A DNA stretch of 64,000 nucleotides from Thermoproteota archaeon (GTDB taxonomy: Archaea; Asgardarchaeota; Jordiarchaeia; Jordiarchaeales; Freyrarchaeaceae), in assembly GCA_029258835.1 (NCBI GenBank), contig JAPDJY010000034.1, positions 1 to 64,000 on the forward strand, written 5' to 3'. A program made the position numbers and the translations under genes. The notes beneath the pieces were generated by a model. That model did not search any database. It was not told where the DNA came from and saw only the letters and a list, made by a program, of their open reading frames with translations. This document shows, in pieces, positions 51,036 to 59,163 of this stretch (positions within the stretch are counted from its first letter, which is position 1; each line of letters starts with the position of its first letter).

Positions 51036-51725
51036 ATGGGGGTTAATAGATTAATGTACGAGTTAAACATTAAAAGGCTTCTTGCTGCAGCAGAGGAATT
51101 AAGGTACCTTCTCGATAGGGGATACCCCCGCGATGGAGCCTTAAACTTCGTCGCAAACCATCATAGACTAGACAAAAAACACAAAATCGTCCTTCTCCGT
51201 AGCGTCTACAGTAGCAAGGAGATCGAGGAGAGGAAAAGGAAGACAGTACCCTTCCAGAAGCTTAAAGGGAACGTGCTATCCGTAGACGGATACAACGTGT
51301 TGATAGTCCTTGAAACCATGCTTAGAAATCAGCCACTTCTCGAAGGGGACGACGGATACGTAAGGGATATCTCCGGGGTGCACGGAAAGCACAAACTATC
51401 AAACCACACGATTCAAGCCGTGAACATCCTCCTAGAAGAGCTTAAGAAAGCCCAGCCAAGGGAAGTACTCATATTCTTCGACAGCCCGGTAAGTAAGAGC
51501 GGAGAACTAGCTGGAACGGTCAGAAACCTCATGAAAACCCGCGGGGTGAAGGGTGATAGTGTAGCGGTAAGTCAAGCGGACAATGCAGTAATAAGGACAG
51601 GCGAGATAGCCCTTACAAGTGACAGCGTAATACTCCAGAAAGCACGAAAGTGCTTCGACATAGCAGGACACATAGCTAGAAAAAGAGGATACGCATGGAT
51701 CATATCTTTTAAGCATCCTCCTTAA
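51036..51725 (+). CDS. DUF434 / PIN-like domain protein
   Basis: LRYLLDRGY, VDGYNVLI, DDGYVRD, DSPVSKSGELA, TSDSVI. Confidence 0.8.
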   Translation: MGVNRLMYELNIKRLLAAAEELRYLLDRGYPRDGALNFVANHHRLDKKHKIVLLRSVYSSKEIEERKRKTVPFQKLKGNVLSVDGYNVLIVLETMLRNQPLLEGDDGYVRDISGVHGKHKLSNHTIQAVNILLEELKKAQPREVLIFFDSPVSKSGELAGTVRNLMKTRGVKGDSVAVSQADNAVIRTGEIALTSDSVILQKARKCFDIAGHIARKRGYAWIISFKHPP

Positions 51726-51921
51726 AAGGTGAAAAAGTGTAGCTTATCTTCAATTCATGCAATCCACATCAAGCTAGCAACCTTCTAAGCTGGAATATTC
51801 TTGTGGAAGCGCGGCAGTAAGTATAAACCCTCACCATTTCCAACTTCATGCAACCAATAGAATTGATAAAACATAACACATATAAAACGCTCTTGTGGAA
51901 TAAATTACCGAACAGAAGGGT

Positions 51922-52073
51922 GGTCCCGTCGCCTAGCCAGGAGCTGCAGACTGAAAGGGCGCCGACTTGCAAGAGCGTAAACGTAGGCGTAAGCCTTCTA
52001 AGCCGGAGTTCCCGGGTTCAAGAACCACCACTAAGCAACTTGGTGGTGGTTGAAAGTCCCGGCGGGACCACCA
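51922..52073 (+). tRNA. tRNA-Arg(UCU), three introns (D-loop about 51944-51955; 29/30 51965-51992; 59/60 52023-52056), CCA encoded
   Basis: GGTCCCG/CGGGACC acceptor; spliced arms CCGGC-CTTCTAA-GCCGG and CCGGG-TTCAAGT-CCCGG; clean BHB with long intron stem in the T loop. Confidence 0.9.
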
Positions 52074-52086
52074 CCTTTTCCCCGTT

Positions 52087-53070
52087 TCAACCCTTAAAGA
52101 AGTGTTCGTATCCTTTTTGAGGTATATTAACCCAGCCCTTTTCTGGATGCTTAAATATGACCTTCTTTTCTTCAATGACCCTCCCCATTTCGTAGAGGTT
52201 GCCTCCGACCTTCCTCACGGCGTCCACAGCCTTCACCCATTTATCGTTTGGTACCGTTACGACTAGCTCGTATTCTTCGCCGCCGTAGAATGCTAGCTCG
52301 TAAGGGTCTAACCGGTTTTCCTCCGCGAAGGACGAAACCTCAGGGTGTATTGGGACGTGTTCTATGGCGAACCCGACATTGCTTGCGTTGGAGAGCTCAT
52401 GGAGTGATGCAGCCAGCCCATCACTGCTATCTATGCTGGAGGACACATATCCCCCTTCCGCCAGCACAACTCCCTCATTAACCCTCGCCTTGGGATTGTA
52501 AACTGCCTCCACGCACTTTCTGACTCCATTCCTTCCTAACCCGCTTAAAAGAACCTTTAAACCTACCGCGGTCATGCCGAATAATCCGGTGGTAGCCACT
52601 ATATCGCCTAGTTTCGCTCCCTCTCTCGAAATAACTCTTCTAGCTAAGCCTATCACCGCCCCAGAGATAACCACCTCGTCCGCTTCGTTCACGTCTCCTC
52701 CAAGATAACATGCACCATAAGCCTTCGACGCCTCAACGATTCCTTCAACGACCTCTAAGACATCCCTAACCTTAAAGTTCCTTGGAAAGCCAAACGCGTA
52801 CATCCCCCCAATAGGCTTAGCCCCCTTAGCAGCCAAGTCGCTTACATTCATTACAACCGTTTTCCATCCCACCTGACGCCACGTCATTCCTGGAGGAACA
52901 TCCGTCCTTGCAACCAACATGTCACAGTTAAACACAAGTATCCCCTTTTCCAAGTGAACAGCCGCAGCATCGTCTCCAAACGGCAAAGCCACGCCTTCAC
53001 ACTCCGCTAGTATGCTCAAAATCCTCTTCACCAGCTCCTTCTCGCCTAAATCCCCAACCTTCACAAGCAA
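52087..53070 (-). CDS. thiL: Thiamine-monophosphate kinase
   Basis: GEKEL, GDDAA, NVSDLAAKGA.P, GGD, IDSSDGL, GGEEYEL, GYEHF. Confidence 0.95.
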   Translation of the reverse strand: MLVKVGDLGEKELVKRILSILAECEGVALPFGDDAAAVHLEKGILVFNCDMLVARTDVPPGMTWRQVGWKTVVMNVSDLAAKGAKPIGGMYAFGFPRNFKVRDVLEVVEGIVEASKAYGACYLGGDVNEADEVVISGAVIGLARRVISREGAKLGDIVATTGLFGMTAVGLKVLLSGLGRNGVRKCVEAVYNPKARVNEGVVLAEGGYVSSSIDSSDGLAASLHELSNASNVGFAIEHVPIHPEVSSFAEENRLDPYELAFYGGEEYELVVTVPNDKWVKAVDAVRKVGGNLYEMGRVIEEKKVIFKHPEKGWVNIPQKGYEHFFKG

Positions 53071-53348
53071 CCCCTCCGCTTAAAGGCTCAATCTAAAAAC
53101 AAACATGCACCATAACCATCTACAAAAGAGGAATGCTCAATAAATTAACTCAACTCCTCAACACCACCATCAGTCAACCAATAAGGGATTCCTACGAAAA
53201 GGAATTACGCCCACCATAAGTCCAATGAAGATCAATTCCCATCCAACTCAGGCAAACACAAGAAAACTCCATCTAACCACACGTCGCCAGATGCCTCCTA
53301 GATCCCCCTAAAGTTGCCACCCACCCCAACAGGAAAAGAACAGGTGGA

Positions 53349-53444
53349 AGCCCCGGGCGGGTATTCCGACTTGCTTCGAACCCGCGACCTGCGGCTCACC
53401 CGAACACTTACGAGGCCGCCGCTCTACCACTGAGCTACCGGGGC
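53349..53444 (-). tRNA. tRNA-Thr(CGU), two 12-nt introns (37/38 53397-53408; 59/60 53363-53374)
   Basis: GCCCCGG/CCGGGGC acceptor, U73; central helices CUCG/CGGG and UUCG/CGGA with 3-nt bulges. Confidence 0.9.
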
Positions 53445-53540
53445 TCCGCTCTCCCATATTAAAAGTTCAAAATATAAACCTTTTCTATCTGCCTTGCGAA
53501 GCAGTTAGGTATTTGGTGGTATTTGTGGGTGTTGGTGAGT

Positions 53541-53680
53541 GAACAGGTGGAGGCTGCCCCGGATGCTCAGCCGCCTAGCGGCCTAGAGGGCGGAACCCTC
53601 AGATGAGGAGCTCCTAGGCTCCCCCGATAGCCCACGAGACCACCCAGGCCGATGCGTGGAAAGGAGTAGACATCCACAAA
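53541..53680 (+). mobile_element. Possible non-autonomous IS200/IS605 remnant (tnpB 3' end / omega-RNA-like structured segment)
   Basis: GC-rich hairpins (gccgc-cta-gcggc; gaggg-cggaa-ccctc; ggagc-tcctag-gctcc); CAGATG.GGAGC..GCTCCCCCGATAGCCC..GCCGATGC..GGAAA resembles archaeal tnpB 3' ends from memory only. Confidence 0.35.
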
Positions 53681-54126
53681 AGCCCATCTACCCCAAAACC
53701 CGCTCCGTTACATAATGTTTTTCCTCTCTTCATTTACAGACTATGTTGTAAAATGAACTTCGTAAAATGAACTCTTCACGTGCCCCATTCTGCCTACAAC
53801 CCTCCGCTGCCACGTGGATAAAGGTAGCTTTTGAAAAAGAAGTCTGGCTGCATTAAACCACTTCTTATCCTGACCCTCATACACGAAAGATTTGCCTTCC
53901 CTCTTCTAAATCAGTTCATTATATTTCTAGGTTGCTAAAAGTTAATTGCCTCTAGCTTAAAGTTATTTACCGTCTATAAGTACCAGTAGAGTTTAAATTA
54001 ATTAAGGATCCCCTATGGAAGAAGGGGAAGGGAGCCTAAATACCTCAAATAATTGCTGATAACAACGAATATTTTTTCTAGAAAATTTATTTTCAATTCT
54101 TCTTAATATCTTTATCTTGAATTATT

Positions 54127-54169
54127 TTTTATTGAATATGGAATTTTTTATTGAATATTTTATTGAATA
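54127..54169. repeat. Three copies of TTTTATTGAATA in an AT-rich intergenic stretch
   Basis: Copies at 54127-54138, 54146-54157, 54158-54169. Confidence 0.85.
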
Positions 54170-54216
54170 CGGAAGCCGTCTTCGTTGGAGGTGTGTTGCA
54201 GAAGCTAGGAGGATGA

Positions 54217-54612
54217 GTGGGGAAGATGTGGAAGAAATGGTTTGTGAGAAAGCCGGCAGGAACGTCCTCTAACGTTTCTGACGAGGCAAAGGAGGTAGCG
54301 ATACGTCACTACGAGCTTCTACAGAAAGGAGATTATGAAGGGTGGGTTAGCACGTTATGCTTGTGGCTTCAGGAAGTAGCAGGCAGGTCGGGTAGCAGTC
54401 CGTATTTCTGGTGGAAGACTGGACGCCACTATGTTGAAGACTATGGTGTATACTACGAGTATTATAAGGAGGGTAAGTCGTCATTTCCTAATACTAGAAA
54501 ATTCTTTTTTAAGCGTAAGAACCCTGATGGAAGCGACAGAGGGATGCCTGTTCCCATAACAGTTAAACTGGATGAGGATGGAGTTTGGAGAGTAGATCAA
54601 GCCAGTTACTAA
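54217..54612 (+). CDS. Hypothetical protein (aromatic-rich, possibly NTF2-like fold)
   Basis: 131-aa ORF with GGAGG upstream; helix EAKEVAIRHYELLQKGDYEGWVSTL and terminal ITVKLDEDGVWRV strands. Confidence 0.7.
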   Translation: MGKMWKKWFVRKPAGTSSNVSDEAKEVAIRHYELLQKGDYEGWVSTLCLWLQEVAGRSGSSPYFWWKTGRHYVEDYGVYYEYYKEGKSSFPNTRKFFFKRKNPDGSDRGMPVPITVKLDEDGVWRVDQASY

Positions 54613-55199
54613 CCCAATTTTTTCCTTCTTCACTTTATCCAGTTGGAACGGAACCTTTCCCTTCTCTGGTCATTCTTCGGAGAAGTGGAATGATAGTGAA
54701 ATTACGCAACTTAACCGGCCTATCCGTAGCTCTAAGTGCTTAGGGGGCATTTATTGTAGTGTGGAGTCGGGTGGAAGAAGCTATGGGGCATGTGCCAGCA
54801 AGAGCAGGAATCAGATTCGATGTTAAATTTTTGAAGCTGCGTAAACATCTGTTCAGAGAAAGCGTTAATTTTAATGTTAACTGGCAAGTGTTAAATGCAA
54901 GGGTTAATGTGGTCCCTAATAGATTGCATGCGTAGCTATTAACAATGGATTAATAGTTTTAACTGGAAAAGGGGAAACGTGGTCGGATAGTTGGAGGGTT
55001 TACGTGTGGCTGCTCTAGGGTGCTCCATTTACATGGCGGTGGAGAGGGGCATGGAGGAAGAAGGACCACTATGTGACAAGGAGAACACAGGGAAATGAAG
55101 GACCTAAAAGGTAAATTTTGAAAGCAAAAGGTTAATAGGTTTCAATTTTCTCTCATTAAACGGTCACAGTCCTCTTCTAAGTTTTTAAGGTGTTCTGTA

Positions 55200-56561
55200 A
55201 TGGTTCTGGAAGCTCTTGGTGAAGGCTTAAGGAGCGCTATAAATAAGCTTCTCCGGTCAACGGTTGCTGACCGGGCGGCTGTAAAAGAGCTTGTAAAGGA
55301 GATACAGCGCGCCCTCCTTTCCTCCGACGTCAACGTTGAACTAGTCCTTAAATTGTCTGAGAGGATAGAGAAGAGAGCCCTCGAGGAGAAGCTCCCTCCA
55401 GGGGTAAGCAGGAGGGAGCACATAGTTAAGATCGTGTATGAGGAGCTTGCTAACATAATCGGCAGCAGGGCGCGTGGCTTGAAGATCAAGCCTAGCCAGC
55501 CGAACGTTATAATGCTCGTCGGGATTCAGGGTTCAGGTAAAACAACTACGGCGGCGAAGCTTGCAAGGTATCTGTTCAAGAGAGGGTTCAAAACCGCCCT
55601 TGTATGCGCCGACACGTTCCGGCTTGGAGCATACGAGCAGCTCAAGCAGCTGGCCGAGATGGCTGGCATACCATTCTACGGTGAGCTAGGCGCTAAGAAC
55701 AGCGTGGCAGTCGCTAAGAGGGGGATCAAGCACTTTCAGGAGAAGGGGTACGAGGTCATAATCGTTGACACAGCAGGCAGACACAAGGAGGAAAGTGAGC
55801 TAATGGCTGAAATGAAGGAGATAGCTAGGGCTATAAAGCCAACCGAGATAATGCTTGTCGTGGATGGGACATTAGGGCAGCAGGCGATGTCCCAGGCTAA
55901 AGCCTTCAAGGAAGCCACAGACATAGGATCCATAATTGTAACAAAGCTTGACGGCTCAGCTAGAGGTGGAGGCGCCCTTTCCGCGGTAGCCGCAACGGGA
56001 GCTCCGGTCAAGTTCATAGGCACAGGGGAGAAAATAGATGATATAGAGGCCTTCGATCCGGTCAGGTTTGTCAGCCGGCTCCTAGGGATGGGCGACCTTC
56101 AAGCCCTCCTCGAAAAGGTAAGGGAAGCGGAGATACGACCTGAAAAGGAGGATGCCGTCGTCCTCCTAACAGGCCGTTTTACATTAAAGGACTTCTATAA
56201 GTGGATGGAGCAAGCTAGGAAAATGGGTCCCATAGGGAAAATTTTCGAGCTCATGGGGATTTCCAGCATCCCCAAAGAGCTTAAGGATATGGCTGAGACT
56301 AAGCTGGACAGGTGGAAGGTCATAATGCAGTCCATGACGGAGGAGGAACTCGAAGACCCTAAGATCCTTAATAGGTCGAGAGTTAACAGGATCGCTAGGG
56401 GCTCTGGTACGACGCCTAGGGAGGTTAAGGAGCTCATAGACCAGTACTTTACGGCGAAGAAGATGGTGAAAGCCCTAGGGAAAAGAAGGCTGAGAGGGAA
56501 AGGCCTTCCCATACGGGGCATACCTCTTGAGCAGCTTGAAAAGCTTGTGGGCCGCCTATGA
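55200..56561 (+). CDS. srp54: Signal recognition particle protein SRP54
   Basis: GIQGSGKTT, DTFR.GA, DTAGRH, TKLDGSARGGGALS, GMGDL, IMQSMT..E, RIARGSG. Confidence 0.97.
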   Translation: MVLEALGEGLRSAINKLLRSTVADRAAVKELVKEIQRALLSSDVNVELVLKLSERIEKRALEEKLPPGVSRREHIVKIVYEELANIIGSRARGLKIKPSQPNVIMLVGIQGSGKTTTAAKLARYLFKRGFKTALVCADTFRLGAYEQLKQLAEMAGIPFYGELGAKNSVAVAKRGIKHFQEKGYEVIIVDTAGRHKEESELMAEMKEIARAIKPTEIMLVVDGTLGQQAMSQAKAFKEATDIGSIIVTKLDGSARGGGALSAVAATGAPVKFIGTGEKIDDIEAFDPVRFVSRLLGMGDLQALLEKVREAEIRPEKEDAVVLLTGRFTLKDFYKWMEQARKMGPIGKIFELMGISSIPKELKDMAETKLDRWKVIMQSMTEEELEDPKILNRSRVNRIARGSGTTPREVKELIDQYFTAKKMVKALGKRRLRGKGLPIRGIPLEQLEKLVGRL

Positions 56562-57127
56562 GGAGCTTCTACCTGCTATCTCACACTTTCCCGTCTCCGC
56601 TGAAGCCCCAAATAGATAGGGGCATTGTGGACGAGGAGACCGCAGAAATCTGTTCGTGTGTAAGAGCCGCCCTCTTCCTCTCCCACGACATAAGAAGAGA
56701 CGTTCAAGTACACCTAATAGCTTCAGATGAAAACAGGGAGATAGTGATTGACGGGAGCAAGGTCAGGTACCTCTCCCCTGACGAGCGTTCCATCTGCATG
56801 TTACTCATAAAAATGAATGAGAAGAAGAGCTCTAGAAGGCCGTGGCGGGGAGTAACAGCTAAACCGTTCACCTCCCTTCAGGACTCCATCCCTCCGGGAA
56901 CGGTGCTCGTCGCCCTTAGCGGCCATGGAAGAGACGTGCGGCAACTGAAAAGCTTAAAGGATGTAAGCGTAGTAGTTCCATTATACCCTCTTTCAAGGGA
57001 CGAGGAACAGTCATTGAAGCAGCTCAGAGCGATTCCCGTTAAACGGAGGAAAACCCTCCCAAGTCACTTCATAGTGCTTCTAAACAATTATTTAGACCTC
57101 TTGGAGGCTCAGCCATGTACCCCATAG
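56558..57127 (+). CDS. trmY: TrmY-like SPOUT protein (tRNA Psi54 N1-methyltransferase family), divergent C-terminus
   Basis: CVRAALFLSHDIRRDV, VRYLSPDERS, LLNNYLD; adjacent to pus10. Confidence 0.7.
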   Translation: MRSFYLLSHTFPSPLKPQIDRGIVDEETAEICSCVRAALFLSHDIRRDVQVHLIASDENREIVIDGSKVRYLSPDERSICMLLIKMNEKKSSRRPWRGVTAKPFTSLQDSIPPGTVLVALSGHGRDVRQLKSLKDVSVVVPLYPLSRDEEQSLKQLRAIPVKRRKTLPSHFIVLLNNYLDLLEAQPCTP

Positions 57128-58515
57128 TGAAAGCTCTTGAAATACTAAAGAAAATCCCCCTCTGCAATAGTTGCCTAGGTAGGCAGTTCGCCCTCCTAGG
57201 CATGGGATCAAATAACCCGAGCAGAGGGCATGCCTTAAAGCTAACCCTAACAATGACCGCACACTACATGCTCAGGGAAAATCCCGAGGAGGCCGTCAAG
57301 ATCCTCAAGGTTCTCGCCTCCAACGGAATGTTCCAGCCCGCGGTGGAAACCCTACAGAAGGAAGGAATTCCGATAGAGGTCAGCGAGAATAAATGCTACA
57401 TCTGCGGTGGATTAATGCTCAGAAAAAGGGAAATCGCCCAGAAGATAGCTTCCCTCCTAGAAAATTATGACTACAGAACACTTCTGATAGGATGTCACGT
57501 ACCAATAGACCTCACTGAGAGGGACGATGAAGTTAAAGCCGCACACCAAGTGGATACGGGAGAGTCGCTTAAGGCAGAGTTCAACAGGGAGGTTGGGAAA
57601 ATAGTCTCAGCTCTTACCGGTAAACCAGTAGACTTCAAAAACCCTGACATAGTAGCCGTCGTAAACCTTGAAAACCTAGAAGTAACGATCAACTCAAACC
57701 CGATTTACATTGGAGGACGCTACCTAAAATACGTAAGAGGAATTCCGCAAACCAAATGGCCATGTAAAGCATGCAAAGGGCAAGGATGTCCCCGATGTGG
57801 AGGAACAGGAAAGATGTACCCTGAATCCGTGGAAGAACTCGTAACAGCCCCAATCCTCGAGGAAACCGGAGGGGAAGAAGCAAAGTTCCACGGGGCAGGA
57901 AGAGAAGACATAGACGCGAGAATGCTCGGCACAGGCCGCCCCTTCATAGTAGAAGTGAAAAACCCAAAGAAACGCAACATAGACCTCCAAAAACTACAGG
58001 ACAAAATAAACCAGTACGCCCAGGGGAAAGTCGAAGTCCACTCCCTCCACTTCGCAGTAAAAGAACAGGTAAGACAGCTGAAAGCCCTATCCCAGTTCGC
58101 CCCTAAAACCTATAAAGCCATAGTTAAAGTCGACAGGGAGATAACCTCAGAAGAGCTTAAAGCACTTGAACAAAAACTCACAGGACAAACAGTAAGGCAG
58201 AAAACGCCAAGAAGGGTAGCCCACAGACGGGCCGTGAAAACAAGGCTCAAAAAGGTCTACGAGGCACACGTAAACCAAGTAGACCCTCACACCTTCGAGC
58301 TAATTGTAAAATGTCAAGGTGGACTTTACGTCAAAGAACTAGTAACAGGGGACAGGAGAAGAACACGGCCAAGTGTATCAGAAATACTAAATGCGAAAGC
58401 AGAGTGCACCCAACTAGACGTAATAGACGTAGGAGCAACAATACCCCCACAGGAAGAACAAAACCAAAAAGTTTATTTATCACCCACCTACTCACTCGAT
58501 CACGAGGGCCCGTAG
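57115..58515 (+). CDS. pus10: tRNA pseudouridine(54/55) synthase Pus10
   Basis: LCNSCLGRQFA, GRYLK..RGIPQTKW, FHGAGREDIDARMLGTGRPF, QKTP.RV.HRR, GGLYVKEL. Confidence 0.96.
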   Translation: MYPIVKALEILKKIPLCNSCLGRQFALLGMGSNNPSRGHALKLTLTMTAHYMLRENPEEAVKILKVLASNGMFQPAVETLQKEGIPIEVSENKCYICGGLMLRKREIAQKIASLLENYDYRTLLIGCHVPIDLTERDDEVKAAHQVDTGESLKAEFNREVGKIVSALTGKPVDFKNPDIVAVVNLENLEVTINSNPIYIGGRYLKYVRGIPQTKWPCKACKGQGCPRCGGTGKMYPESVEELVTAPILEETGGEEAKFHGAGREDIDARMLGTGRPFIVEVKNPKKRNIDLQKLQDKINQYAQGKVEVHSLHFAVKEQVRQLKALSQFAPKTYKAIVKVDREITSEELKALEQKLTGQTVRQKTPRRVAHRRAVKTRLKKVYEAHVNQVDPHTFELIVKCQGGLYVKELVTGDRRRTRPSVSEILNAKAECTQLDVIDVGATIPPQEEQNQKVYLSPTYSLDHEGP

Positions 58516-58625
58516 CTCAGCCAGGTAGAGCGACAGGCTCATATCAGCCTACAACTGTTGAGAAACCTGTTGGTCCAGGGTTCGAAAGCATGGAGCTCCT
58601 CCAGCCGGAAATCCCTGCGGGCCCA
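58506..58625 (+). tRNA. tRNA with CAU anticodon, most likely tRNA-Ile2; two introns (37/38 58544-58564; 59/60 58587-58611)
   Basis: GGGCCCG/CGGGCCC-A acceptor typical of archaeal Ile; central helices CUCA/UGAG and UUCG/CGGA. Confidence 0.88.
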
Positions 58626-58887
58626 TCAACCCTCAACATACAAAGAACTTATAATTCCTCTTTTTCATTTTCCTTGACAACCCTCACTGGGAAGCCGCTG
58701 AAGGTTAAGGGTTTCTAGGTAAAGGCATTTTTCGGGTATGTCAGGATGTAAAAAGGCAGTCAGCCAGAAACCCCAAGCAATACCTATAAGCTTCAAGCTT
58801 GATCTGTTACGTTTCCTCTCAGCAATATGGAAAAAGCGCTTAAAACCGTCGTGAAAACGTTCCTCAGCTATAGGTCTGAATAAACGC

Positions 58888-58902
58888 ATAAAGTTTTTAA
58901 AA
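58888..58902 (+). promoter_or_regulatory. BRE/TATA-like promoter of tRNA-Glu
   Basis: ATAAAG-TTTTTAAAA ending 27 nt upstream of tRNA base 1. Confidence 0.55.
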
Positions 58903-58928
58903 TGCTTGACTTCTATTCTACTCTGAGT

Positions 58929-59057
58929 GCCTCGGTGGTGTAGCCCGGCCAAGGTTACGCTGATAGCATAAGGGGCTTAGAGGCTACGTCCTCGCCCAAT
59001 CGACCCCTTGACCCGGGAACCACATGTTCGGGACTTCAAATCCCGGCCGAGGCACCA
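58929..59057 (+). tRNA. tRNA-Glu(UUC), three introns (D-loop 58952-58964; 34/35 58979-58999; 53/54 59018-59034), CCA encoded
   Basis: GCCTCGG/CCGAGGC-A acceptor, GGTGTAG D stem and 4-nt variable loop of Glu; spliced arm AGGGG-CTTTCGA-CCCCT. Confidence 0.9.
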
Positions 59058-59163
59058 CACCACATCCTCCACCCTGAGTAAAAACGAAAAACCTCGGTTA
59101 CCAACAAGAAGCCGGTTAAGACTTTTAGGTTTTAATGGTGGTGCTGGCTTAGAAGGAGTTTTG

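Noticed and set aside
53338-53562. gaacaggtgga repeated at the tRNA-Thr 3' flank and at 53541 as attL/attR
   Set aside because: Only about 11 nt, the second copy lies upstream of the tRNA, and there is no integrase in the window.
53575-53640. Hammerhead ribozyme in the structured element
   Set aside because: The core reads CAGAUGA rather than CUGAUGA, and no correctly placed GAAA/NUH was found.
58971-59008. tRNA-Leu(UAG) call for the gene at 58929
   Set aside because: No long variable arm and no valid 37/38 motif; the 34/35 motif gives Glu(UUC), consistent with the tRNA body.
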